From Myxococcota bacterium (lineage in GTDB: Bacteria > Myxococcota > JACRCW01): DNA of 13,654 nucleotides. Below, in pieces: positions 6,821 through 13,654 of the stretch. Each line of letters opens with the position of its first letter. Positions within the stretch are counted from its first letter, which is position 1. The notes below the pieces were generated by a model. That model made no database searches and had not been told where the DNA came from. It saw only the letters and a list, made by a program, of their open reading frames with translations. The position numbers were made by a program, and so were the translations under genes. The stretch is taken from positions 1 to 13,654 of the forward strand of contig JBFMGU010000279.1 in NCBI GenBank assembly GCA_040752415.1, read 5' to 3'.

Positions 6821-9310
6821 TCAGCGGCGGTCGTCCTGCGACTGCTGGGGTCCACCCACGGGCAGGGCCACCAACGCGGGAATGTTGGCCACGAACGTGC
6901 TGCCCACGCCCAGCTCCGACGTCAGCTCCACGCTCCCGCCCAGCGCCTCCGCCATCTCCCGCACCAGCGCCAGGCCCAATCCCACGCCGGGAGTGTGCTT
7001 CCGCAGCGCGGGCTCCAGCTGCACGAAAGGCTCGAACACGCGCACCTGGTCGTCGGGATGGATGCCCGGCCCGGTGTCCTTCACGGCAACCCGCAGCGTG
7101 TCGCCCACGGTGCGCGCGTCCACCTCGACGGAGCCCCGCACCGTGAACTTCACGGCGTTGGTGAGGAGGTTGCCGAGGATGAGTCGGAGCAGGCGCGCGT
7201 CGGTGGTGATCGGTTGCGCCTCCGCGGTGTTCACCACCAGGGTGAGACCCTTCTCGTCGGCGTGGGGTCTGACGTCGTCAACCACCTCGGCCACCAGCTC
7301 GCGGGGATCCACCCGCTCCGGGGACACCCGGATGCGCCCCGCCTCGATGCGGGAGTGCTCCAGCAGGCTCTCAATGAGGACCTGCAGGCGCTTGGTGGAG
7401 GCTTCCATGCGCCGGATGGTGACGGCGTGTTTCTCGCCCAGCTGCGCGGCGTCGCGGGAGAGGCGGTAGACCTGCAGCACCAGCGCGCCCAGCGGCGTGC
7501 GCAGCTCATGGGACACCAGCGCCAGGAACTCAGTCTTCACCTGGCTGGCCCGCTCGGCGTGCTCCCGCGCCACGCGCACCGTCTCCAGCGCGGTCTGCAG
7601 CTCCCGCTGACGTCGGGCCAGCTCCTTGACCAGCGCGTCCAGGCTGCGCCCCTGCATCTGCGTCTCCGCCTCCAGCGCGTCCCGCGCGCGCTTCCGGCCC
7701 ACCTGGTTGTCCACGCGCACCCGCAGTTCCTCGACGGAGAACGGCTTGGGCAGATAGTCCTGGGCGCCCAGCTTCAGCATGCTGGTACGGAACGCCTCGT
7801 CGACCTTGGCGGTCAGCATCACCACCGGCACCTGGTCCAGCTCCACCCGGGAGCGGACCTCACGCAGCAGGGCCTCACCCCCCATCACGGGCATCATGGC
7901 GTCGGTGATGATGAGGTCCGGCGGGCTCTCCAGGGCCACGCGCAGGCCTTCCGCTCCGTCGGCGGCGGTGGTCACCCGGTAGTGTGGCGCCAACGCGTCA
8001 GCCAGGAACTGGCGCAGGTCGCGGTTGTCCTCCACCACCAGCACGCGCGGGAGGTCGGCGTCCGAGGTCACCGGCGCGGCTTCCGGTGTCACCTGCAGCT
8101 GCTCCACCGCCTGCGTGGCCGCCAGCGTCGCCACCGGCTGGGCGGGAGTCTCCACGGCCGCGCCCTCCGGCGCCTTCAGCGGCATCTCCACCACGAACGC
8201 CGCGCCACCCTCTGGCGCACTCCCCACGTGGATGGTCCCGCCGTGCAGCCGCACGAAGTCACGGGCAATGGCGAGCCCCAGCCCGGTGCCCCCGTGTTGA
8301 CGCGTGGCGCTCCCGTCGAGCTGGCGGAAGCGCTCGAACACCACCTCGCGGTCCTCCGGGCGGATGCCGGGGCCACTGTCGCGGACCTCCAGGTGCAGCC
8401 GGCCCTTCCCGTCGTCATGCGCGCTGAGCCGGACCCGCCCGCCGGCCGGCGTGAACTTGAAGGCGTTGGAGAGGAGGTTCAGCACCACGCGGGAGAGCTG
8501 GTCCTCGTCCACCTCCGCCGGGAGCACGTCCGGCACCGCAACCTCGAAATGCATGCCCCGGTCCCGCGCCACGCCGTCAAAGTTGCCCGCCAGGGTGCGC
8601 AGCATGCGCGCCAGGTCCAGGCGTGCGTAGCGCGGCGCCAGCCTGCCCGCGTCAAGCCTGGCGGTGTCCAGCAGGTCCTCCACGTGGCGCATCAGCGTGC
8701 GCGCGTTGCGGGCAATGACGTCGAGGTCACGGGCCTGGGACGGCGTGAGGTTGCCATGGGACAGCAGCTGCTCGGCGGGCCCCAGGATGAGCGCCAGCGG
8801 CGTGCGCAGCTCATGGCTGACGTTGGCGAAGAACTCGCTCTTGAGGCGGTCCAGCTCCCGGGAGCGGTCCAGCAGGTGCGCCAGCTCCCGGTTGGCCTCC
8901 TCCAGCTTCATGCCCCGCTGGTGGCTCACCACCGCGGCGTCCGCCAGCGCCACGGCCTTGGGGACCAGCGGCGGCAGCAACAACGCGGTGGCCACCGAGG
9001 CGACCGCGGTCAACGCCCTCACGCCGCCATCCACCCAGTACGCGGGATGCCAGATCACCAGCACGTCCATGAAGTGCGTGACACCGCAGGTGACGATGAA
9101 GACGGCGAAGGCCAGGTACATCCACTGGAACGGCAGGTCGCGGATGCGACGGACCAGGATCAGCAGCGTGGCGGTGATGGCAAAGTAGGCCAGGCCGATG
9201 GCGACGTTGGTGAGGACCTGCAGCCAGACCAGTCCCGGCGTCCAGAGGTAGCAGTGCCCGTGGGGCATGAAGGATTGCGGTGACAGCGCTTCCAGCAAGG
9301 CATCCAGCAC
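6821..9310 (-). CDS. Hybrid sensor histidine kinase with ETR1-type ethylene-receptor transmembrane domain; layout EBD-HisKA-HATPase-REC-HisKA-HATPase
   Basis: 829 aa, GTG start with GGAGG 6 nt upstream. N-terminus FMPHGHCYLW..AYFAI..FAVFIVTCGVTH..RALTAVASVATA (three TM segments, CxxxH). Kinase 1: SHELRTPL, NLLSNAFKFT, DSGPGI, FERF, GTGLGL. REC: VLVVED..IITDAMMP..LTA..KPF. Kinase 2: SHELRTPL, NLLTNAVKFT, DTGPGI, FEPF, GVGLGL. Confidence 0.93.
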   Translation of the reverse strand: MLDALLEALSPQSFMPHGHCYLWTPGLVWLQVLTNVAIGLAYFAITATLLILVRRIRDLPFQWMYLAFAVFIVTCGVTHFMDVLVIWHPAYWVDGGVRALTAVASVATALLLPPLVPKAVALADAAVVSHQRGMKLEEANRELAHLLDRSRELDRLKSEFFANVSHELRTPLALILGPAEQLLSHGNLTPSQARDLDVIARNARTLMRHVEDLLDTARLDAGRLAPRYARLDLARMLRTLAGNFDGVARDRGMHFEVAVPDVLPAEVDEDQLSRVVLNLLSNAFKFTPAGGRVRLSAHDDGKGRLHLEVRDSGPGIRPEDREVVFERFRQLDGSATRQHGGTGLGLAIARDFVRLHGGTIHVGSAPEGGAAFVVEMPLKAPEGAAVETPAQPVATLAATQAVEQLQVTPEAAPVTSDADLPRVLVVEDNRDLRQFLADALAPHYRVTTAADGAEGLRVALESPPDLIITDAMMPVMGGEALLREVRSRVELDQVPVVMLTAKVDEAFRTSMLKLGAQDYLPKPFSVEELRVRVDNQVGRKRARDALEAETQMQGRSLDALVKELARRQRELQTALETVRVAREHAERASQVKTEFLALVSHELRTPLGALVLQVYRLSRDAAQLGEKHAVTIRRMEASTKRLQVLIESLLEHSRIEAGRIRVSPERVDPRELVAEVVDDVRPHADEKGLTLVVNTAEAQPITTDARLLRLILGNLLTNAVKFTVRGSVEVDARTVGDTLRVAVKDTGPGIHPDDQVRVFEPFVQLEPALRKHTPGVGLGLALVREMAEALGGSVELTSELGVGSTFVANIPALVALPVGGPQQSQDDRR

Positions 9311-9316
9311 GGTGCA

Positions 9317-9365
9317 CCTCCGCCAGCACAGCCTTCATCCTAAGATTTGACGCGCGCTGCGGCAT
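9317..9365 (-). promoter_or_regulatory. Shine-Dalgarno GGAGG (9317-9321) and weak candidate promoter ATGCCG-N17-TAGGAT for the kinase
   Basis: Minus strand reads ATGCCG cagcgcgcgtcaaatct TAGGAT gaaggctgtgctggc GGAGG tgcacc GTG. The SD is clear; the -35 match is weak. Confidence 0.4.
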
Positions 9366-9397
9366 CATCCCGTCGGGCACGGGCCGGCGTGACGTGA

Positions 9398-9943
9398 TCA
9401 GGGCAGCGGGTCCGGGTCCAGCCGGTCCCAGTTGTCGTCGGGCGTGATGGGGAGCGCGCCCTGCCGGCCCAGCGCGGTGGCCAGCGGACGGACCGCGCCC
9501 ACGACGGGAAGCCAGGCCTCCGGCCACGCGTCCAGCAGCGGCCACAGCACAAAGGGACGCTCGTGCGCGTGCGGGTGGGGGAGCGTGAGGTTGGGCAGCG
9601 CGCAGCGGAGCGCGCCCACGGTGATGAGGTCCAGATCCAGCACCCGCGGGCCCCAGCGCTCGGCGCGCACGCGGCCGGCCCTCCGCTCCAGGTCATGGAG
9701 CAGGGCCAGGAGCGCCAGCGGGTCCGTCGTGGACGGAGCCTGGAACGCCAGGGCGGCGTTGAGGTAGCGCGGCTGGGGCGGCCCCACCGGCTCGGTGCGC
9801 CAGAGGCGGGAGAAGCGCAGGCCACGCGCGCCCAGCGACGGAAGATGCGTGATCAGCTCCGCGCGGGCCCAGCGCAACGTGGCGGGCGGATCCCCCAGGT
9901 TGGCGCCCAGGGCCACCGCCACCGTGAGCATGTCAGCTTCCAC
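9398..9943 (-). CDS. folK: 2-amino-4-hydroxy-6-hydroxymethyldihydropteridine diphosphokinase (HPPK)
   Basis: HPPK motifs VALGANLGD, SRLWRTEPVG..QPRYLNAA, LERRAGRVRAERWGPRVLDLDL and LTLPHPHAHERPFVLWPL. Start placed at GTG 9943 because AGGAGG (9950-9955) lies 6 nt upstream; ATG 9931 is an in-frame alternative. The ORF-track extension to 10072 lacks HPPK-like sequence. Confidence 0.93.
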   Translation of the reverse strand: MEADMLTVAVALGANLGDPPATLRWARAELITHLPSLGARGLRFSRLWRTEPVGPPQPRYLNAALAFQAPSTTDPLALLALLHDLERRAGRVRAERWGPRVLDLDLITVGALRCALPNLTLPHPHAHERPFVLWPLLDAWPEAWLPVVGAVRPLATALGRQGALPITPDDNWDRLDPDPLP

Positions 9944-10048
9944 GGGGACCCTCCTGATGCGTGCCCGCGGGACGCGGAGGCGGTAGAAGGTCGCGCCCGG
10001 GGCGGGTTGGGGAGGAGCCGGCCCTAAGACCCCGGCGGCGCTGGGAAA

Positions 10049-10078
10049 TTGACCTTGCCACGCCTGTGTCACTAGCTT
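10049..10078 (+). promoter_or_regulatory. Candidate sigma70-type promoter TTGACC-N18-TAGCTT for the FrgA-like gene
   Basis: TTGACC at 10049-10054 and TAGCTT at 10073-10078, in the divergent folK/frgA intergenic region, 14 nt before ATG 10093. Confidence 0.45.
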
Positions 10079-10092
10079 GCGCTCACGCTCCC

Positions 10093-13000
10093 ATGGAAAT
10101 GCTTGGCGCTCTCCTCTTGCGCACGGGCGTCCTGGACAAGGACGTACTGGCGGCAGCCTTGGACCGTCAGGTGGTCTACGGCGGCACGCTGGATACCGCC
10201 GTGCTTGAAATGGGGGTGCTGGACGAGCCCGCCATGGCCGAGCTGCTGGCGCGCTGGACGGGCTACCCGGTCTGTCCGCCCGGGGCCCTGGAGTCGGCGG
10301 ATCCCGCCGCGCTGGCCGCGCTGCCTGGCGCCCTGGCCTCCCGCTTCCTGGTCACGCCGTTCGCGCTGACGCCGGAGGGCCTGTGGCTGGCCACCACGGC
10401 GCCGGTGGACGTGGACAGCCTGGCGCAGCTGGGCGGCCTGATTGACCGGCCGGTCCTTCCCCACGTCACCACCGAGCTGCGCATCCGCACCGCACTGGCC
10501 CAGGCCTATGGCGTTGCGCTGGATCCGCGCTTCCAGGAGCTGGCCAGCTACCTGACCGCGCGCGCCGCGGCCCTGGCCGCGCAGGCTGCCCCGCCGCCGC
10601 AGGAGGCCCCGCCGGCGGACTCGGTGGCTTCCGCCGTGGAGCAGAGCGGGGGCAGCCGCGAGGTGATCTTCCCCGCCGCGCCACGCCCGGAGCCGGAGCC
10701 CGCCCCCGCCGACGAGGACCAGGCGCGGCCCATTGATTTCGCCGAGGCGCTGGCCCACCTGGCTGCCGCCACGGACCGCGACGGCATTGTGCAGCTCACG
10801 GTGCGCTACGCGCTGCAGACCTTCCCGTTCGTGGCGGTGCTGGGCGTGCTGCGTGGCCAGGCGGTGGTGTGGGCCGCGCGCGGTCACAAGGGGGAGAAGC
10901 CGGAACAGCCCGAGCAGCTCAAGGGCACCACCATCTCGCTGCAGGAACCCTCGACGCTGCGCACCGTGGTGGAGACGCGCGCGCCCTCGCTGGGGCGGCC
11001 CAGCACGGGGCCGGCGGGGACCACGCTTTCCGAGCGGTTGGGACGCGGCGTGCCGCGGGCGTGCCTCATGGTGCCCGTCCTCGTCGGAGGGCGCGTGGTG
11101 GCGGTGGTGTACGCGGACCACGGGGAGTGGGCCATCCGCACGCAGCAGGCCTCGGAGATCCTCGCATTCGCCTCGCGCGTGGGGCCGGCGTTCGAGCACA
11201 TCATCCGGGAGCGTCGCGCCAAGACCCTCAATCCACCCGCGCCGCCGCCTCCCCCGCCGCCGCCTCCGCCCGAGGAGCTGGCGCCCCTGGCCATTGCGGA
11301 AGCGGCCGTCAGCACGCTGGCCGCCACGCAACAGGCAGAGCCGGAGCGCTGGGTGGTGGGTGGACCGGCCGCGAACACGCTGAGCGTTCCGTCGGCGGAA
11401 GCCACCTCGTCGCCACCGGTGGAGCAATGGGTGGTGCGAGGCCCCGGGGAGAGCGCGCCGCCGGTGGAAGCCCCGCCGCCTGCTCCCCCGCCGCCACCTG
11501 CCCCCGCCGACGAGGAAGAGGACGAGGAAGAAGAGGCCGCCACGCCGGGGGAGGAGAGCATTCTCGTCGAGCCGGAGCCCACCGAGGCCTCTGCTCCCTC
11601 GTCCGACCAGCCCACCGAGACCCTGGAAGTCGACACCGGCGTGGCCACTGGCGAGGAGGTCACGGTGGCGATGGACGAGCCCGGTGGGGAACCGGCCGCT
11701 CTCGCGCCCCCAGCCCCGCCAACTCCGGAGCCCACCCCCATGGGTCCGGCCGCGGCGTGGGGTGAACCGCCCGCGACGTCCGAGCCCGCGGTTCCCGTCG
11801 AGGCTCCGCCTCCCGCCGCGCCACGCCCCGCGTTGTCTCCCAACGTGTCGCCGGAGGCCGCCGCCCTGGCCGCCGCCGCGCTCGCGCGCCTGCAGGCCGG
11901 TGACGACGACGATGACGAGGACGAGGAGGAGGGCGCCAGCGCCAAGGAGACCTCCATTGCCGAGGACACCACCTGGGCCGCGGCGATGGTGGACGTGCTG
12001 GGCAGCGGCAAGGGACGCGCGCCCGCGGAATCCGACGGCTCCTTCAAGACCTCCGACGACGCCAACACGGCCTGGCAATCCTCCCTGGCCCAGGCCGCCA
12101 AGGACGCGGGCACGCTGGAGAAGCCCGTCTATCAACCGCTCCCCGAGGACGACGACGAGGAGGAGGAGTCGCCCAAGCCGGGTGAGGAGTCGGTGGTGTT
12201 CGCGGAGGTGGCGGACAACGCCGCGGCGGGTACGCAGGCCTTCACCAAGGCCCTGAGCGACACGATCGAGAGCGGCAAGCAGGGTGGTGAGGCCGACAAG
12301 GACTACAAGGCCTTTGCCCAACCGCCCACCACCACCGACGACGACGACGACGAGGACGAAGAGCCGGACAACGTGGGCTGGGAGTCCGTGGTCTACCAGG
12401 CCGCGGAGCAGGTGCGCGCCGAGGAGGAGAAGTCCAAGGCGGCCAAGGTGCCCAACGGGAGCGCACCCAATCCGTTTGCGGTGGAGGCCGTGCCGCAGAC
12501 CAGCTCCACGCCGCCGCCGCTGCCCGCCGACGCCGCCACCTCCACTGGCGTGCTTCCCCCTCCGCCGCCCAAGACCACGCGCTCGCAGCCGCCGCCCGTG
12601 GAGGAGCCCGCGCTGATTGACCCGCCCAAGGTGTGGGTGGAAGCGCTCATGAGCGGCGTGGCGGACCGCGTGGTGGTGGCCATCCAGAAGCTGGCGGAGC
12701 TGGGAGAAGCGGCCGTTCCCGCGCTGACCGCGGCGTTCCCCGGTCGCGTCACGTTCGACCCGTTTGGTCCGGACCCCAATCCGCCCGACGCTGCGTCGGT
12801 GTCGCCGTTGATGGATGTGCTGTGCAAGATGGGCGGCACGGGGCTGCAGGTGGCCATCACGCACCTGGACAGCAAGTTCCCGGCACACCGCTACTTCGCC
12901 ACGCTGCTCTTGTGTCGCGGGTACCAGCCGGCGGTCATCCCCTACCTGCTGCGTCGCCTGCATGACGACGAGCCCCGCATCCGCCGCCTCAGCGCCGACG

Positions 13001-13485
13001 GTCTCGCCATGTACGTGGCCGACCCGGGATTCGACCAGGTGCTGCGTCATCTCCGCACGCGCGTGACCTCGCTGGTGCCAGAGGCGCGTCGCCGGGCCAT
13101 CCACTTCCTGGGCCGTTTCCGCGACGTGGGCAGCATCCCCGCGCTGGTGAACGCGCTGCGGGCCAAGGAGCCGGAGATTGTGCAGGAGGCGGGGCTGGCG
13201 CTGCACGCCATCACGCTGCAGTCCTACGGCACCAGTGAGCGCAAGTGGATCAATTGGTGGGAGAAGAACAAGCACCGCTCACGCATTGAGTGGCTCATTG
13301 ACGCCCTGCGCGACAGCGACGTGGAAGTGCGTGCGCGCGCGGGTGCGGAGCTGGCGCAGCTGCCGCGGGACACCTTCGGTTTCCGCGCCGACGCGCCCAA
13401 GCGCGACCGCGAAGAGGCCGTCAAGCGCTGGGAGAAGTGGTGGGCGGACGAGCGTCGCCGGCTGGCTCCTGGCGCAGGCTCGTGA
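10093..13485 (+). CDS. frgA: FrgA-like protein: MshEN/T2SSE_N-like N-terminus, GAF-like domain, long acidic/Pro-rich linker, C-terminal HEAT repeats
   Basis: Likely start ATG 10093 or 10099 (about 1130 aa). N-terminus LGALLLRTGVLDKDVLAAALDRQVVYGGTLDTAVLEMG is MshEN-like. Middle region DRDGIVQLTVRYALQTFPFVAVLGVLRGQAVVW..LMVPVLVGGRVVAVVYAD is GAF-like. C-terminus AFPG..RYFATLLL..LHDDEPRIR..WWEKNKHRSRIEWLIDALRDSDVEVR..TFGFRADAPKRDREEAVKRW. Domain order and motifs match myxobacterial FrgA proteins as I recall them; not verified by search. Confidence 0.75.
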   Translation: MEMLGALLLRTGVLDKDVLAAALDRQVVYGGTLDTAVLEMGVLDEPAMAELLARWTGYPVCPPGALESADPAALAALPGALASRFLVTPFALTPEGLWLATTAPVDVDSLAQLGGLIDRPVLPHVTTELRIRTALAQAYGVALDPRFQELASYLTARAAALAAQAAPPPQEAPPADSVASAVEQSGGSREVIFPAAPRPEPEPAPADEDQARPIDFAEALAHLAAATDRDGIVQLTVRYALQTFPFVAVLGVLRGQAVVWAARGHKGEKPEQPEQLKGTTISLQEPSTLRTVVETRAPSLGRPSTGPAGTTLSERLGRGVPRACLMVPVLVGGRVVAVVYADHGEWAIRTQQASEILAFASRVGPAFEHIIRERRAKTLNPPAPPPPPPPPPPEELAPLAIAEAAVSTLAATQQAEPERWVVGGPAANTLSVPSAEATSSPPVEQWVVRGPGESAPPVEAPPPAPPPPPAPADEEEDEEEEAATPGEESILVEPEPTEASAPSSDQPTETLEVDTGVATGEEVTVAMDEPGGEPAALAPPAPPTPEPTPMGPAAAWGEPPATSEPAVPVEAPPPAAPRPALSPNVSPEAAALAAAALARLQAGDDDDDEDEEEGASAKETSIAEDTTWAAAMVDVLGSGKGRAPAESDGSFKTSDDANTAWQSSLAQAAKDAGTLEKPVYQPLPEDDDEEEESPKPGEESVVFAEVADNAAAGTQAFTKALSDTIESGKQGGEADKDYKAFAQPPTTTDDDDDEDEEPDNVGWESVVYQAAEQVRAEEEKSKAAKVPNGSAPNPFAVEAVPQTSSTPPPLPADAATSTGVLPPPPPKTTRSQPPPVEEPALIDPPKVWVEALMSGVADRVVVAIQKLAELGEAAVPALTAAFPGRVTFDPFGPDPNPPDAASVSPLMDVLCKMGGTGLQVAITHLDSKFPAHRYFATLLLCRGYQPAVIPYLLRRLHDDEPRIRRLSADGLAMYVADPGFDQVLRHLRTRVTSLVPEARRRAIHFLGRFRDVGSIPALVNALRAKEPEIVQEAGLALHAITLQSYGTSERKWINWWEKNKHRSRIEWLIDALRDSDVEVRARAGAELAQLPRDTFGFRADAPKRDREEAVKRWEKWWADERRRLAPGAGS

Positions 13486-13543
13486 GCGGACGGGCGCTTA
13501 GAGGCCATTTCTACAAATTGCCCGTTCGTCGTGGCCGGCGAAC
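13486..13543 (+). other. Two overlapping, mutually exclusive stem-loops right after the frgA stop codon
   Basis: 13486-13495 (gcggacgggc) pairs with 13520-13529 (gcccgttcgt): 10 bp with two G-U pairs. Alternatively 13524-13531 (gttcgtcg) pairs with 13536-13543 (cggcgaac) around a 4-nt loop. No U-tract follows either. Confidence 0.3.
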
Positions 13544-13654
13544 ACCTAATACTACGTGGTCATCTGACGTCGTCACGGCAGTGGCCGGGAAGCACTCGCG
13601 CCGCCGGTATCCAGGGCGTGAGCCGACGCCGCAGCCGTAGGGGCTAGGCATTTC

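Noticed and set aside
7489..8816. Identical 23-nt direct repeat ccagcggcgtgcgcagctcatgg at 7489-7511 and 8794-8816
   Set aside because: Encodes the conserved H-box (HELRTPL) of both kinase modules. Protein constraint plus codon bias explains it, and the flanks diverge.
2999..9283. Long plus-strand ORFs 2999-5101, 5856-6698 and 6641-9283
   Set aside because: Antisense to well-supported genes, with Arg/His/Gly-rich products and no recognisable motifs. Long shadow ORFs are expected at this GC content.
9944..10092. ORF-track N-terminal extensions of folK (to 10072) and frgA (from 9961) that would overlap head to head
   Set aside because: The extensions lack family-like sequence. The SD and promoter positions support starts at 9943 and 10093/10099.
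10072..13275. 1067-aa minus-strand ORF
   Set aside because: Antisense shadow of the FrgA-like gene.

Overview
GC-rich window that looks myxobacterial (Myxococcota-like), judged from an FrgA-like gene, Cys-rich lipoprotein modules and Ser-rich linkers. Six genes explain almost all of it; most other ORFs in the track are antisense or off-frame shadows. Minus strand, right to left: folK; a hybrid sensor kinase with an ETR1-type ethylene-receptor membrane domain and an HK-REC-HK layout; a small exported CsgG/TolB-N-like protein with C-terminal hydrophobic helices, probably on a leaderless mRNA; an overlapping 916-aa lipoprotein (Cys-rich module, Ser-rich stalk, two Ig-like domains, Asp-box beta-propeller); and a large secreted CotH-kinase/lamin-tail-domain protein with a Ser-rich stalk. 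This last gene runs off the left edge and is missing from the ORF track. Plus strand: an FrgA-like protein (degenerate MshEN, GAF-like domain, long acidic/Pro-rich linker, HEAT repeats) divergent from folK. The best leads are (i) the orphan double-kinase ethylene-receptor homolog with substitutions at ETR1 D25, P36 and K91, and (ii) a possible cell-surface phosphorylation module pairing a CotH ecto-kinase with Ser-rich stalks. All family assignments come from reading motifs by eye, with no database searches.
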